A stretch of DNA of 63,888 nucleotides, counting the filler, from Folioceros fuciformis (Eukaryota), in assembly GCA_049999805.1 (NCBI GenBank). It is 7 parts of 7 records of this genome, joined end to end, with 100 filler letters (N's around TTAATTAATTAA, not from the genome) between each part and the next. Parts side by side here need not be neighbours in the genome. Positions count along the whole stretch, not along the records: positions 20,926 to 32,806 come from JBNGIO010004163.1; positions 32,907 to 42,722 come from JBNGIO010004164.1; 5 more parts are not named here. One strand, given 5' to 3'. The notes under the pieces are model-generated. The model did no database searches, was not told where the DNA came from, and saw nothing but the letters and a program-made list of their open reading frames with translations. A program made the translations under genes and the position numbers. Position 1 is the stretch's first letter; each line of letters begins with the position of its first letter. Positions 24,556-36,426 of this stretch are shown here, piece by piece.

Positions 24556-25673
24556 CTCTCCCTGCTCATATCTGCGGACATCGTAAGACTCTCTTGAAAA
24601 GTTTTGCTTCACAGGTCGTGGCGGTGAAGGACGACGAGATGGTGCTCCCACGTTGGGATTGGCAGTCACGGCTGCAGCTGCTTGTTGCCGCTGTTGGAGC
24701 ACCACCCTAGTTGTTCCCCTTGGTCTGCCTCTAGGGCTACCAGTTCCTCTTGATGTCCTAGCACCGATAGTCTCCTTTGTAGCAATGCTTTGGCTCATAG
24801 CTGAAGGGCCGACAATCATTCTAGTTGAGGCAACGAACCGCCACAGAGCATTCCTCTGTAAGATTCAACGGTTGGGACATGAGAGGAATTCTTCAGGCTC
24901 CGAGGAAGACATACTGCTCAGTCGTGTGAGTTTGCGCCCCAGAATCCAAGGGAGAATGAAAGCCAAACAAGCAGCGGACCTGAACTGGGCTGTCTTCATA
25001 TAATGGGTTTCCATTGGGATGTGACAAGGTCCAATTGCCGGATTAGTTATACTCTATGTAGAGTAAGCTGGCCGAGCTGCCTACCCAAGGCCCTCGTGAA
25101 GCTGGAGGCAATCCTATGCGCAATGATCAACAAGAGGGAGTAAAGGAAGATAGTGTGTTGATTCATTATTTAGGGTTTGGTTATATCTACATATATAAAG
25201 TGTATACATATATATTTGAACGTGCAGCCACTTACCCGTTTGCTAGGGTTACGTCTTTAGCCCAAAGGTCATGCCTTTTCACAATTAGATTAAGTCTAGT
25301 TGCCAAGCTATTTTATATACTTCATATTCTTATGAACATATGACAATGTAATTACTAAACATGTAATTGATCTATACTATTCTTATATTTTGTTACTGGG
25401 TGTGCTGTAGGCCGGGGGAAGTGTGCCGCATAGATCTTTAGGCCGGATTACAGAAGATCGGGATGTCTTGGCCCGGCGATTCCAACCTCCTGTCCACCTA
25501 CCGGCACCGTCTCCATCCCCGTTGCCATTCCCCCCCCTCTCGCTGGGCACTGCGGGGCAAGCTAGCCATCCCTCCCGCCCCCCCTAAACCCAATGTCTCA
25601 ACAACAGTGGGATAAGTGTGGACACTAAAGGTTGAACCTTTGGCAAACAATTGCCCAGGGTTTTGCCACCGCA

Positions 25674-28650
25674 GTGGGCATTCAGGTTTGGTTGAGAGAA
25701 AAAATGTTGTAACAAATGGTGATCTGTGTGACATACCACCTTCTGCCCCAACATGTAATGCCGCCAAACCTTTAATGCATGAGTGATCAAGAGGATCTCC
25801 TTATCATGTATTGCATAATTCAGTTGGGCCCCCTACAACTTACAAGACTCATAGGCAATGGCCCGGCTGTGCTGGGATAGCACTTCATCCATGGCAAAGT
25901 CGGACGCGTTGGCGTGTAGTGTGTAGGGTGATTTGGGGTCCGCCATTGCAAGTACTGGAGTGCTACTAAGGGCTGCCTTGAGGGTCTAGAAGGCTAACAT
26001 CACCTCGGGGCCGGGCTGTAAGGGTTGTCGTAGGGATTTCTTGAGGGGAACAACGATTTTGCTAAACCTCTGGATGAATCGGAGGTAGAACCTGAAGGAT
26101 CGCTAGAGGAGCCACATGGTGAAGGAGGAGAGGAGAAAGAGAGGTCTCACACTCTCACTCAATCTCTGTGTCTCTATATTGCAAGGGAGCTCAAGGGGGT
26201 ATTTCTACCTCTAGAAGAGCTCCCAAGGAAGCTTCCCTAAACCCGCGCGCCTGCGCCTGGTGTGGCCGACGCCCTGGCGCCCTGCGGCGTTGGCGCAAAC
26301 TAGCGCTTGGCCTCCCAGGGCCAAGGCGCCCCGCTCTTGGGGCAATCACCCCGCGCTGCCGTTGCCGCTGCCCGAGCACAGCGGGGTTGGAGACCCCTGC
26401 ACCCCGAGCAAAGGGTTGCCGCACACGGCCCCCGCTCACTCTGATGCCTTCCTCACGGCCTTGCGCACCTTGTCCGCAACACCTACATACATCACCATCT
26501 TGCTCCACAACCTCGCTCTAATACCAGTTGAAGAATCGCTAGAGGAGCCACATGGTGAAGGAGGAGAGGAGGAAGTAAGGAGGAGAGGAGAAAGAAAGGT
26601 CTCACACTCTCACTCAATCTCTATGTCTCTATATTGCAAGGGAGCTCAAGGGGGTATTTATACCCTCTAGAAGAGCTTACAAGGAAGCTTCACAAGAAGC
26701 ACACAGGAAGCTGCGTAAGAAGCTTCCTACACATTAGCTTAAGCTAATCTAAACAATCCCTTCTGCAAGAGCTCGTCCACATGTTGCTTTATCTCCTCAT
26801 TTTTTGAAATGGAAGCTCTATAAGGTTGGATACTGACCAATCTGTGCCCTGGTTGCAGCTCGATGGCGTGATCCACGCTCCTTTGGGGTGGGAGTTCAGT
26901 CAATTCTATGAAAACATCCTCATACTCATAGAGCAAGTCCTTCATGGACTCGGGAAGAAGTTTGTATTGACTCGGGCTTCTTCCACTCTTGACTCGAGGG
27001 CACCTTCCAAGGGTTATATTTTTTTTAATTTTGCTATATACAAGAAGCTACCTTGGGCGGTTGCTTTATTGAGAGCCGAGACTACGAACAACTGTTTTTC
27101 TGGAATATATTGTTCCCCTTGCATGACATGGGTCAGCCCTCCTTGCCGGAGGTGTACTACATTGTTCCTCCAGTCTACCTCTAGATCATCGGAGTGGTGG
27201 GCTAGCCAGGGCTTCCCTATGATTACATCGTGACAAAGGGAAGGCATCACTGTCAATGTGAGGGTCTCCTTGAAACCATCCGGCAAGGTGAGTTCTGCCT
27301 TCACTCACTGCTTGCAGATCGTGTCCTTAACTCCTAACGCCGTAACCACCGTGGAAATCTTACCTGTCTCTCGGATCTGCATACCTGCTCGTTCTGTTGC
27401 TACTCAGGAGACATATTGGTGGCTTGCCTCGGAGTCGAGCAGTCCTGTGACTCGAACCCCGGCCAACCCCACCTCAAACTTGATGGGTACATGCCCCATC
27501 TGGCAAGAAGCGACTGAGCGGCTATGGACTCCTAGGTCAGAAATTGCTGCGACTACGATCGATGTGCTAACCTCTGAGATGGAGATGGCATGTCCACTCT
27601 TGGCAGGTACAGTGGGGTTCCCTATCCTGGTGGTTCAACCCGTCTCCTTTAACCAGCCGATGAAGTCCTTTCGAAATGGGCAAGTTTTTGAACCATGGTT
27701 CTAGCCTTCACAGGTGAAACACTTTTTGGCCTTCTTGTACTCCTCCTTTTCAGCCTTAGTGAACATTTTGAAGGTGGGACTTTTCTCCATAGCATTGGCT
27801 AACTTGCTCCACTTGGTCTTCTGAGGTCCCGTGCTAGCAAGGTGCTTGTACTTCTTGGTTCCGTAGTTGATGGCACCTTTCATTGCTTCTACCAAGGTGC
27901 TGGGGTTGGTTTGGTTGACGTCTGCTCTCATCTCAAACTTTAGGCCATCAATGACTTCTCTACCCTCTGTTCCTTGTCTAACTTTGGCATGTCTAACATG
28001 AGCTGCAGAAATTTGTCACAATATTCCTGAACTATACCTTGCTGGTAGATCTTTCTAAACTGATGGTATAACGCGTGTTGGTGATTGACATATAGGAACT
28101 GCTCTAAGAAGACCTACATGAAGATAGGCCAAAAATATATGGTGGGTTCCATACCTAAGTCGACTTGTTTCTCCCTTTGGCGCCACCAACGATAAGCAAA
28201 CCCCTCCAATGACATGATGCACAATTGTATCTTCTACAGGTTGTCCTTATCACTAGCAGCCAAGTATTTGTTCATTTTGTCGATCCAGTCGTGGACCGAC
28301 TGGGCGTCCTTGGTGGTACCATCAAAAGTCGTCATCTTGATCTTACGTTGCAGCTCCTTGTCAACCTGGGGCTTCGGTTTGAAGGGCTGTTCATCTTCAC
28401 CAATGAGGTTAGTAGAAGATCGGCCCCGTTGGTTCTCCCAATTCTCATAACGCATTAACTGTAAACAAAGAACGATAGCCTTGATTTCTTTGTTGTCCCT
28501 TTTGCCAGGTACAAATTCAATCAAGAGCTTTTTCAATTCCTCGTCCTTGGCACATGGCTTATGGTCTACAGGTACAATTGTACCACCATTGACCAGCTCC
28601 GGTGCCCTTGTAGCTTCCATGTTGGGGTATGTAGACTGACGGGTACCGTC
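25674..28650 (-). mobile_element. Degenerate Ty3/gypsy element (gag, protease, start of RT, RNase H); RT core missing
   Basis: Gag (FDGT...VHDWIDKM, KCFTCEG..H), protease LDSEASH...DVIIGKPWL, LPPQRSVDHAIEL...PYR, and RNase H (ITHALKVWRHYMLG..VCHTDH). Confidence 0.88.
26093..26731 (-). mobile_element. TRIM-like miniature LTR element nested in the Gypsy RT
   Basis: Direct repeats start at 26093 and 26529 (TGAAG(G/A)ATCGCTAGAGGAGCCACATGG...AAGGAAGCTTC). PBS-like TGGTATTAGAGC at 26526-26515 abuts one repeat. No coding capacity. Confidence 0.65.
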
Positions 28651-28830
28651 TATTGAGTTATCGAGCTCTATACGAGCTAAACTCATGTGGTGTTAGTTAT
28701 CTCGGTTGGTTTTACACTAGACTAGTTCTAGTGATTAGTAAACCAGTTAAGTTGTGGATTCATAGTATATAAAGGGGCAGTTAGGATAGTGTAGATTCTT
28801 CCATATTGAACCTTGAAGTTGTGTACCCCT
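28651..28830 (+). mobile_element. LTR fragment of the same family as the solo LTR at 59632-59924, interrupting the Gypsy gag
   Basis: TATTGAGTTATCGAGCTCTAT...GAAGTTGTGTA closely matches 59632-59770. Confidence 0.75.
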
Positions 28831-29230
28831 GTGAACCTCCAAAGTTTGGGGTAGTGGTTTGTTTTGATTGAAAAAGGGTTAATAGTGGTATGGTTTGGTT
28901 TTCTTTTCCTACTTATTTTCCTTTATTTTCTGGTTATTTTCCTATTTTTATTTGTGCTCATTAGGTTAATTGACCAAAAAATAGTTGGTTTGGTTATTAG
29001 AGTGGGTATAGGTTTGGTCCCAGACCTAGGAAAGTTTAGGTCCGGTATCGGGCCATAGGGTCGGGAAAGTTTGAATTTAGGTTTGGGGATTGGTTTAATA
29101 TTAATTAAAGGTATATAGTATTAAATGATTNNNNNNNNNNNNNNNNNNNNNNNNNNNNNNNNNNNNNNNNNNNNNNNNNNNNNNNNNNNNNNNNNNNNNN
29201 NNNNNNNNNNNNNNNNNNNNNNNNNNNNNN

Positions 29231-30210
29231 TATCAGCCGGTCTATAGACCTGTCCACACGCACACAACAAGGAGGCTAGAAGCCTACCCTACCTTCAAAT
29301 CAACTCACACAACTCACGCTCCAGATCTTCAATCCTGCAGCTCTTCATGATTCCCACTTCAGTCCTTCCTTCTTCACTTCAACCCTTCACCCTTCACTTC
29401 AGCACACACCCCTGCACCTCAGCAACTCACTCTTCACTTCTATGCACTTCACTCCAACTCTTCCTCTCTTTGTTTCAGCTATCCCCTGGAAATTGGGACA
29501 CAATGACTTCACTCCTTGCAGCCTTGAAGTGTAGTGTGGATATTAGGACTGGATAGCCCTCCTGGCTCACGGTCCTGTCCCTTCACTTCAACCAGCCTGC
29601 GATTCATTCAGCCCTTGCGGATCCAGTCACACGGATCTTGGCAGTCTTGGGATCCTCCACGTTCCCCTAGTGGCAAGGGAAATCAGTACCTCGGTTCAGT
29701 CTCAACCGGCTCAGCGCCCTGAACCAAGAGTTCTGCACACAAGGTCCACGGAAATCGCACCATAGACAGCCCCTCTCAATGGCAGGTCTCCCCCCTCTTA
29801 TACTGCCTTGCCCTCCACCTCTTTCTACTAGGGTTAACCTGAGTCAACTACCTAACCATCTCTCTCTCTGACCTAAACCATCCTACGCCCCGTTCTGACC
29901 TAAACCTGACCTACGTCTAACCTAGACCTAACCCAACCTAGATCTGACTTAGACCTAACTCGGCCTAGGTCTGGCCTAGACCTAACCCGACCTAGGTCTG
30001 ACCTAGACCTAACTCGGCCTAGGTCTGGCCTAGACCTAACCCGACCTAGGTCTAGCCTAGACCTAACCCGACCTAGGTCTGGCCTAGACCTAACCCGACC
30101 TAGGTCTGACGTAGACCTAACCCGACCTAGGTCTGGCCTAGACCTAACCCGACCTAGGTCTAACCTAGACCTAACCCGACCTAGGCCTGACCTAGACCTA
30201 ACCCGACCTA
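29231..30210. repeat. Dispersed LTR-like repeat with a 27-bp palindrome-containing minisatellite (about 29895-30210); second copy at 62196-63190
   Basis: About 670 bp of clear similarity to 62196-62860, followed by tandem GACCTAGGTCTG(A/G)CCTAGACCTAACCC units. Confidence 0.85.
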
Positions 30211-31080
30211 GTGTGGTTGGGGCCCTCAAGGCAGCAATGACCTTCACCTTATCCGGGTCCACCTCAATGCCCCGTGCTGAAATTGTGTGACCTAGCAAGA
30301 TCCTTTCAGCCATGCCAAAATAGCATTTCTCCGGATGCAAACAAAGCTGCGTCTCCCGGCACCTGGCCAAGCATCGCCTTAGGTGCTCCAAATACTGCTC
30401 CACTCTTCCAGACACACAAAAATCATCTATGAACACCTCCAGGAACTTGTGGAGGAAATCCTTGAAGATCTTGTACATGCTGCGCATGAAGGACCCCGGT
30501 GCTCCTGTCAACCCAAAAGCACTCCTCTTGTAGGCAAATGTCCCCCAATCAGTTGTGAAGGCTGTCAATGGCCAGTCACTCTCCTTAGGGACAGCTGATT
30601 GTAACCAGAATAGCCATCCAAAAAGGAGTAGATCATATGGCCAGCCACCAAATCCATAATGTTGTCGATGAGTGGCAAGGGAAAATGGTCCTTCTTGGTG
30701 GCTTTGTTCAGCCTTCTCCAGTTCTAGCACACCCGGATCTTTCCCGGCTGTTTCTTGAGCACCACCATGATTGGAGCCACCCAATCTGAATTCACAATGG
30801 GAAAAATCACATCTGCCTTCAAGTACTACTCCAGTTGCTCCTTTACCTTCATGGAGTACTTGGGATTCAGCTTGTATTGAGGAATTTGGACGAGGACAGC
30901 TCCTGGCTCTAGGTCAATCTTATGCTCCCGCTACTCCTTAGGAATTCCTTTCATGTCCGTCACCTCAAATGCAAACACATCAATGAACTCTGCTAGAAGT
31001 TGCTTCATCCCCTCCTCCAATTTGGCATCTAGCTATTTAGCAAACTTTAGCACTTTGCCCGGCAGCACCTCCACGTCCTT
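30211..31080 (-). mobile_element. Ty3/gypsy reverse transcriptase fragment (pseudogenised)
   Basis: TAFTTDWGTFAYKRSAFGLTGAPGSF...FLEVFIDDFCV...LHPEKCYFG...LLGHTIS..GIEVDPDKV. Upstream part is frameshifted. Confidence 0.92.
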
Positions 31081-32806
31081 TAAGAAAAATAAGAAATGCT
31101 AGAAAAGTGTCAAGGCAGCTTGACATTATGTGTGTGTGAGAGCCAGCAAGCTTGAAATCATAAAATGGATTCAGTTATTGAAATAAACAAAAGTGTAATT
31201 TATATAGTCCAAACCTAATACGCCTAGGTTAAACATATACACTAAAACGTATATTTTTCATACTCCCACATAACCTAGGCTATATTAAAAACGGGACTTA
31301 TAAAAATGAGATCAACTTTCAAGTCTCGGCCTTCACTCCACGTGCAAGATATAAGCGAAAGGCGATAGCAGTACCACGTCTTCAAAGCAACACGTGCCAG
31401 ATTAAAAGGAGAAAATCACGAGAAGACTCCCTCAGACTCTGGTGGGGCATCTCGACGCGTGCGACATAACACTGCGTCAACAACCAAAGCAAGTGGGGTC
31501 GATCTGAATTCCTGGCCAGATCACATGGAGCTCTCTATGTGTGTCGTTTTAAGCTGGATCGCCAGCGGACTTGCAGCAGCATCACTTTTGGTATCTGTCA
31601 CAGTCGCTTGGAGGATGGCGCGCACACACCCAAACTCCGGATTGACATATCAGAGAGGATGGATGCCGCCACAAGCACTCGTCGAAGAAAGTTGCATCAC
31701 CGCCGAAGCACACAGCAGCACAAAGAAAGGGAAGGCGCGTCCGCACTCACCAGAATCTTCGGCTGAATCTGCAAGACGGGAATCAACTGAGGCAGAAATG
31801 ATGAAGCTCCGAAGGGCCAACTTGCAGTTGTTGCGCCACCTTTGTAGGACTTCCAAGAAGTGTGAAGAAACTCAGGCAGCGATGGAGACGGCGCGAACCA
31901 AAGTGCTGGAGTTGAGAGACATGTTGTCAGCAACACCGGACAATTGTGGCTTCGACATCCCTCTCACAATGGACAAACTGGCAGCAATGATCGAGAGACT
32001 GGAGCAACTGGGCTATGGTAAGATGGACACACCCACGATTAAATGTTCTACATGGCTTCATCCACTGAGTGTGACCAAAGGGGAAACTGTAACATGTGCA
32101 AGTGAGGAGGATGTGTATATATCGCAGGATTTAACTAAGTAGGCAGTGTAGGGAAGGACCAACAGCTATGGCTGGAACTCTGTAAACATGAACTATAAAC
32201 AGTTTCCAGAGAAGGGAACTAAGGTCCCCTGCCCTCCCACACACTCCAAGTCAGTTCACATGCCTTCAAAGTAAGTGACTGTGAAGTCCTTGAGTCATAG
32301 GGACTCCATATGAAATCTATGCTTCAACTTGGGCAGTGCCTTTGTTAAGATATCTGCTATGTTGTCAGCTGTAGGCACATAGGTTAGCTTGATCACTCCT
32401 CTTGATACAGTGTCCCTAATATAGTGATGTTTAATCTCAAAATGCTTTGTCCGTGCATGAAAACGTGGATTTGCCACTAAGGCAATTGCTGAGCTGTTAT
32501 CACTGTGAAGAACAATGGGTTCGAGTTGCTCAACATGCACATCCTTCAGATAAGCACGCTCCCACTCCGCCTCTTTTGCAGAATCAGTAAGTGAAATATA
32601 TTCGGCTTCGGTTGAAGATAATGCAATTGACTGTTGCTTTTTACAGGACCAATTAACTGTAGCACCAGTTAAGAGGAAACAGTATGTAGAAACACTCTTC
32701 CGAGATTCAGAGTCTGTAGCCCAATCAGCATCGGTATATGCAGATAATTTGAGACTTGATGGTGATCCAGATTGATAAAAGAGTCCAACGGTCATGGTAC
32801 CCTTAA
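31081..32806 (-). mobile_element. 3' end of a Ty1/copia element: RNase H (32795-32295), about 1 kb 3' region, putative PPT (about 31270-31261) and about 180-bp 3' LTR (31260-31081)
   Basis: YTDADWA...SSTEAEYI...DNSSAIAL..NPRFHARTKHFEIKHHYIRD...NIADILTKAL. The LTR call rests on GGGAGTA-TG, a TATATAA box and an abrupt junction with the Gypsy RT at 31080, and is less certain than the RNase H. Confidence 0.8.
31525..32142 (+). CDS. Uncharacterised 205-aa ORF (N-terminal hydrophobic helix plus coiled coil), antisense to the Copia element
   Basis: ATG 31525. Hydrophobic VVLSWIASGLAAASLLVSVTVAW followed by RMAR, then heptad-like EMMKLRRANLQLLRHL...ARTKVLELRDML. No stops. Confidence 0.6.
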   Translation: MELSMCVVLSWIASGLAAASLLVSVTVAWRMARTHPNSGLTYQRGWMPPQALVEESCITAEAHSSTKKGKARPHSPESSAESARRESTEAEMMKLRRANLQLLRHLCRTSKKCEETQAAMETARTKVLELRDMLSATPDNCGFDIPLTMDKLAAMIERLEQLGYGKMDTPTIKCSTWLHPLSVTKGETVTCASEEDVYISQDLTK

Positions 32807-33647
32807 NNNNNNNNNNNNNNNNNNNNNNNNNNNNNNNNNNNNNNNNNNNNTTAATTAATTAANNNNNNNNNNNNNNNNNNNNNNNNNNNNNNNNNNNNNN
32901 NNNNNNTTAGGGATTCTTTGTCCTCTTTCGTATGTCCTAAAAGAAAAGAAAAGGAACAGTAGGAACTCTTTGTCCTGGGAAAAAACAGTAAAAATTCTTT
33001 GTACCCTTGGGTGACTAACAACCTCGATCCACTTCCATGTACCTTTGCAGCGCTAGTCGTTCTTGCAGCGCAAATCATTCTAGCAGCACAAGGCCAGTCT
33101 GAACATGAAATCCAAGTTGGATCCACTAAACGAAATCTTTTACTGAATTCATTCTCGCTCCAAGGATTCTCATGTCCCTTTGGCTGCCATACACGAGCGA
33201 GAGTGGATTCGTGAAGTCGAATCCACAGAATGGAATTTTCCCCCATTGGTGAGAAGGAGGCGCCGAGGACCTTCTCATCCCGCTGAAGTGGATATATCGC
33301 CACCGTCAGCCGCTTTTCTCATCAGGCCTTTTAGGTGACGACCTTGTGCCGCACTTTTCTGGGTTGTACGCGGGATACAGGGTGGTTGCCAAAGTGATAA
33401 CATTGACATGCCATCTTGACAGCAGTGAGATGCACGATAGCTCTGAAATGTTTATAGATGACAGAGAAGTAAGGTCGCGTTTTCCTAGATTTAAGCTGTA
33501 TTGCAAGGGAAAAGAGAGAGCAACCCTAGTCCTCTCTGATCATGTTTCTAGTAGTATTCGCTCATGCCTGGTAGCCGCGAGCAGGTCGGTTTCACGACAA
33601 TTTTTGGGAGTGGGACACAGACAACGTCGACTAGTTGCCTTCACCGC

Positions 33648-35762
33648 TTAATCCAAGTCAAGGAGAGCTCCCTTGAGCTTCACGCCCTTTTCGGTATCAT
33701 TCCCTTGAGGCACGATGGTGACCAAGAGCTTGGACAACTTTTTAATACCCAGAAGCTCGACGTTGGCAGTGATCGAAAAACGCACATCCACTCTGCGGTA
33801 CTGGCCCACGTCACCACCTTGCTTGCCCTCAGGAATGCTCGAGTAGGAACCGACGTACTGGGGGATAGCCTTTGAAGTCGTCTCATTTGCGCTAGGGTAG
33901 TTGATGAAGACAGAGAAGGCAAGGTTACCCTCTTTGGGTACCAACACGCCCTGTAGCACCAGAGTCTTCTCGAGGTCCTCAAAATCCAGACCCTTCAGCT
34001 CCGAAGGGATGGGCTCCGGAATCACCCTCAGCGTCACGGGTTTGTCCCCAAGATCCTGCTCCTTGTTGCCCCGAGCTTTCCTGGACCCGAACTCCGGGAA
34101 GTCCTCCGCCTTGTAATCAGTAGTGGCGGGCTTGGCCGAGTTTTTCAACTCCTCAATCACCTTCTTAGGATCTTTGGCGTACTCCTGCAGCAGGGCAGCA
34201 CTTTTTGTGGCGTCGCCCAGCCCATTCGCCGCGCTCAGCACCGTGCCGTAGTTGAGCCAGACGAGGTCCGACTTGAGGTCAGGGTAGTCGTAGCGCATGC
34301 TGCTCCTCTGGTCCAGAGTGTCACTCACCTTGATCCGCACCAACTGCTTCTTCTCGTTGTAGAAGAGAAAGGAGGCGTCCAAAAACTCCTTGTCAGGGTA
34401 GTTCTTCCTGTAGTCGTCTCCACGGATCCTCCCGTCCGCCAACTTCACCTTTCGCACAGGCCTCCCAGTTGTGGTTTGGTCGGATGGCAAACTCTCCCAG
34501 ACCTTCCACAGCCGGTCCACATTCCCGTGCAGCTGGAAGAAGAGAGGGTCGAATGCCGCGGTAGCGAAGTTGCCCAGATCCTGCCACAACCCAACAAAAC
34601 GCACAACACAGCCATCAGCCCACCATGAGCCGAACTCAATGCGCACTACCAATTTTCGGCAAAAACTTCAGATTTCACTCACCGCGTTGATTACGGGGGA
34701 GTTGGCCCTGTCACCTCCCCAAATGTGCACGCTGGTGTGAGGCGCGCTCTCCACACTTCCAGCCTGCCCAACTGTAGTGCCGTCCCCGTTGGTGCCGTCC
34801 GCGAACGACTTTCCCCCCAGGAAATCCCGGGCCGTGAGCGTGGTGGCCACCGCATTGTACATGACGGCGAGATTGCTGGCGCGCACTTGGTCCTCGGACG
34901 TGTATTCGGACTTGCCGAAGTAGCCGAGATCGAGGATGGGGTACTGCCCCCCTGGCATGTGGAGGGCATTGCGGTTCTTGTCGTAGAGACCAGCGTTGGT
35001 GGGGTTGTTGAAGTAGGCGGGGACGCGATTAGCACCCGCGGTGAGGCTCTGGTTGTCCCAGTTCCAGAAGGGCAGCGCGAAGGTGGGGTCATCAATGAGG
35101 CTCGCCAGGATCCGCTCATGGAAGTAGAGCTCGGCGCGGTGGAAGGGGAAGAAGAACCAAGTGAAGTGAACCTGCTCCACGGCACCCGGTGGGCCCTTAG
35201 CCAGCGGGAAGGCGCCGTTGCAGTAGGAGCAGTGCACCTTGGCCTGCTGGTACCAGCTCCGGGGATCGTCCTCCGGCAGCGCACGCATCCTCTCGTACGC
35301 CAAGTTGAACTTATTCACATAGGCCTCGTCCAGGGTGTGGAGCGCGGGCCGGATGCGGAACGGGATCTTGGGGTCGGGCTTGAAGTCGATGATGTCCGGT
35401 GGAGCCGTGTAGCCAGGCGGGCAGCATTCCGTCGGGTAGGTCTTGTCCGCAGTCATGTACGCCGTGGTGCACTTCGACAGATCGGGGGCCGGAAGTGGAC
35501 CCGACTCCACGCCTCCCAGGGCCGCCCCGCCAGGTAGCAGGATGGTCCCAGCCAGCGTCCCCGCCAGGATCTCCCTCCGGCTCTTGCTGCTGCCGGCGTC
35601 GGCATTCTTCTCCGCCCGCACGGACACCACCTTGTTGCACCTGCCTCTTCCCGTACCTCCGGACACCGCTGAACGCTGCCGGAATGAGCCTCCTCTCACA
35701 CTCGCACCCGCAGTGAGCGCGCTCGCCGACAAGCAACCTGCGAGTGCGCTGCTGACCTCCAT
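33648..35762 (-). CDS. PPO: Polyphenol oxidase 1 (plastid, thylakoid-lumen targeted); exons 35762-34683, 34580-33648
   Basis: Transit peptide with twin-Arg SRREILAG. CuA HCSYC...QVHFTWFFFPFHR. CuB PHTSVH...DLGNFATAAFDPLFFQLHGNVDRLW, split by GT-AG intron 34682-34581. DWL-like and KFDV-like C-terminal domains. Confidence 0.95.
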
Positions 35763-36426
35763 CGCTCCACACCGTCCACAGTGGCCCAACTATCTCTCAG
35801 ACAGTGCGGAGGGCTGGGTGCTTCCGCAAACAGGCTACCACAAACTAAACCACTCCTCGGACCAGCGCTAGAGCAAGACCTCAGAGCATCCGCCTCCTCG
35901 ATCCCCCCGATCCTGTTTCTTCGACAGGCATCCGCGACATGAAATAGCACGTTGGGGGAGGGGTGGGAGGAAGGAGGCCTCCACCGGTCACGATCGCAGA
36001 GAGAGCATTAAACTTTAAAATAAAAAAACCGCACTGTTCATAGTGCTGTCAGCGTTCGTCTATTGCTCCCCTTTCCCTGTCCGTACTGACATTATGAAGC
36101 AGGTCTACCTTACGCGCTGCTGCGACAGTGCTGTCCTTCCCGTTGGCTTCCCCACTGGACTCGGCGCCTCGGGAGGAACAAGATTCTTTGCTATCCTGTC
36201 CGGGAGGCCGGCAAGGCCGCACTGTCATTCGAATCACGAGTCACCCGCACTTCGGGCGCTTTGCACGAAAATAATAGCGTGCCATTATTGAATGATATTT
36301 TTGTGCTTTCGGGGACGCTGTACCTACGAGGGCGCACAACTCGTATAATGTAGTGTTGTACGCAACAACTCCACCAGCTCTCCAGCTGGCTTCCACGTTT
36401 CCGCCTTCAGGGCGGTTGTCCGCCAA

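Noticed and set aside
28234..28686. MSLARIELDNS as the Gypsy gag start
   Set aside because: These codons come from an inserted LTR starting at 28651, which also occurs with a TSD at 59632.
29900..30784. RT fused to an LGRVRSRPD repeat domain
   Set aside because: The frame simply reads through a 27-bp minisatellite after a breakpoint in a decayed RT. The sister array has a 22-bp unit that is not a multiple of 3.
32907..33303. Minus-strand ORF running into the contig end
   Set aside because: It could be a first exon, but no motif or splice support is visible, so it is not called.
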